Assembly: GCA_965153285.1 (NCBI GenBank)
Contig: OZ229115.1
DNA length: 64,000 nucleotides
DNA from: Podarcis tiliguerta
Taxonomy: Eukaryota
Direction: 5' to 3' (one strand)
Part shown: positions 62,978 through 64,000 of the stretch, one piece after another
Layout: each line of letters starts with the position of its first letter
Numbering within the stretch: position 1 is the first letter of the stretch
The notes under the pieces: model-generated
Told to the model about the DNA's origin: nothing
Databases searched by the model: none
Seen by the model: the letters and a program-made list of their open reading frames with translations, nothing else
Program-made: the position numbers and the translations under genes

Positions 62978-64000
62978 GTCTAACATAACATTTATGGTGG
63001 GGGGGAACCAACTGCCTTATAAATAATAACAAACAACATTAACTATACTTTAATAATAAACAAACAATACTTCCTCCCACTAATTAGCAGATAAAGAACT
63101 CTTTTTCCCCTTGGAAATTCCCCACCTGGAAGTCTGTTAGTCTGTTATCAGGCCAGCTGTTGCAAATTGGAAGTGGGTGGGTCCACCCTCCTCTTCCAGG
63201 CATGATCCTGCAGCTCCTCTCTCTCCGGGAGGGAGCAGTAGCAAGGCAAAACAGGAAACTAGTAGCAAAAGTTTTACCTGGTTTGCCGTTTGTCTGGCTA
63301 CTGCTTCCCTCCTGCTGTTGGGGCTGGGGGTGTTGTCCACCCTTAATTTAGAACAGCAAAGGAAGGGGGAATGAAGGAAACTGAATTAAAAAGTCACCTT
63401 TTGGTCTTGGTTTTTGTGTTCCCAAAATAAAAGGCCCCAGAAACTCTGTTCTCTGCTAGTACAATGCAGTATAAAAATTCATAATTCACTTCTCTAACAA
63501 AGCCTGCAAGAAGCAAAGTACAAAAGGTTATAATGACATATGCACATGGAAGAAAGTCTAAATTGAACTTCAGGACTTGCACAGCAATCCTAGGCATGTC
63601 TATTAGAAACAAATACTCTTGTTCAGAGGATTTGTGTAGATTTCTTCAACTGATATTATTTTATATCTTTGTTACAAATTTTATGAGTTCCCTGCTTTTC
63701 GCCAAGGTGGAATTTCAAACTGACTGTAGCACTTTAAAAAAGCTGCACTTAAGTCCCATTGAAATTAACAAGTCTTAAATTAGTCACAATCACAACTGAT
63801 TTCAACAGGATTTAAACTGGATTGTGACACCTGGAGAGGACTGCTGTGCATTTCAGAATGCTACAGAAGACAGAATTATTTCCCCATAACTACTTGCCTC
63901 AATAGCACATGGGGCTGAATGTCTTTTACTTGCAATAAGTGGGACCTGCAACGGAATATTGCAGGCTGGAGTGCTCCTATGAAGAGTTCCAACCATCTAG

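Overview
This is vertebrate genomic DNA from a squamate, most likely a lacertid lizard, judging by Sauria/Squam1, Squam2-like and Squam3 SINEs. The window holds the 5' half of CAMSAP2 on the minus strand: a CpG-island promoter (~58.4-59.9 kb) and seven coding exons (139, 260, 162, 84, 33, 142 and 140 nt, together 320 codons, all with GT-AG sites). The gene continues beyond position 1. The introns are crowded with transposons. The most notable structures are: (i) a young Penelope/Poseidon-type retroelement in a (TA)n tract, with an open GIY-YIG endonuclease frame, a 248-bp apparently perfect inverted terminal duplication and a minimal hammerhead ribozyme in each copy; (ii) an adjacent 158-bp mini Penelope-like insertion with a decayed hammerhead; (iii) a head-to-head U2 snRNA/LINE-tail chimera whose target-site duplication was later split by a MITE; (iv) a CpG-rich Tc2-type element carrying a 119-bp tandem array of double hairpins; (v) a 33-nt cassette exon with an SRRM3/4-type UGC signature; and (vi) an unexplained intronic hairpin with a cluster of RBFOX motifs. 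Repeat family names come from recalled consensus features, not from database searches.
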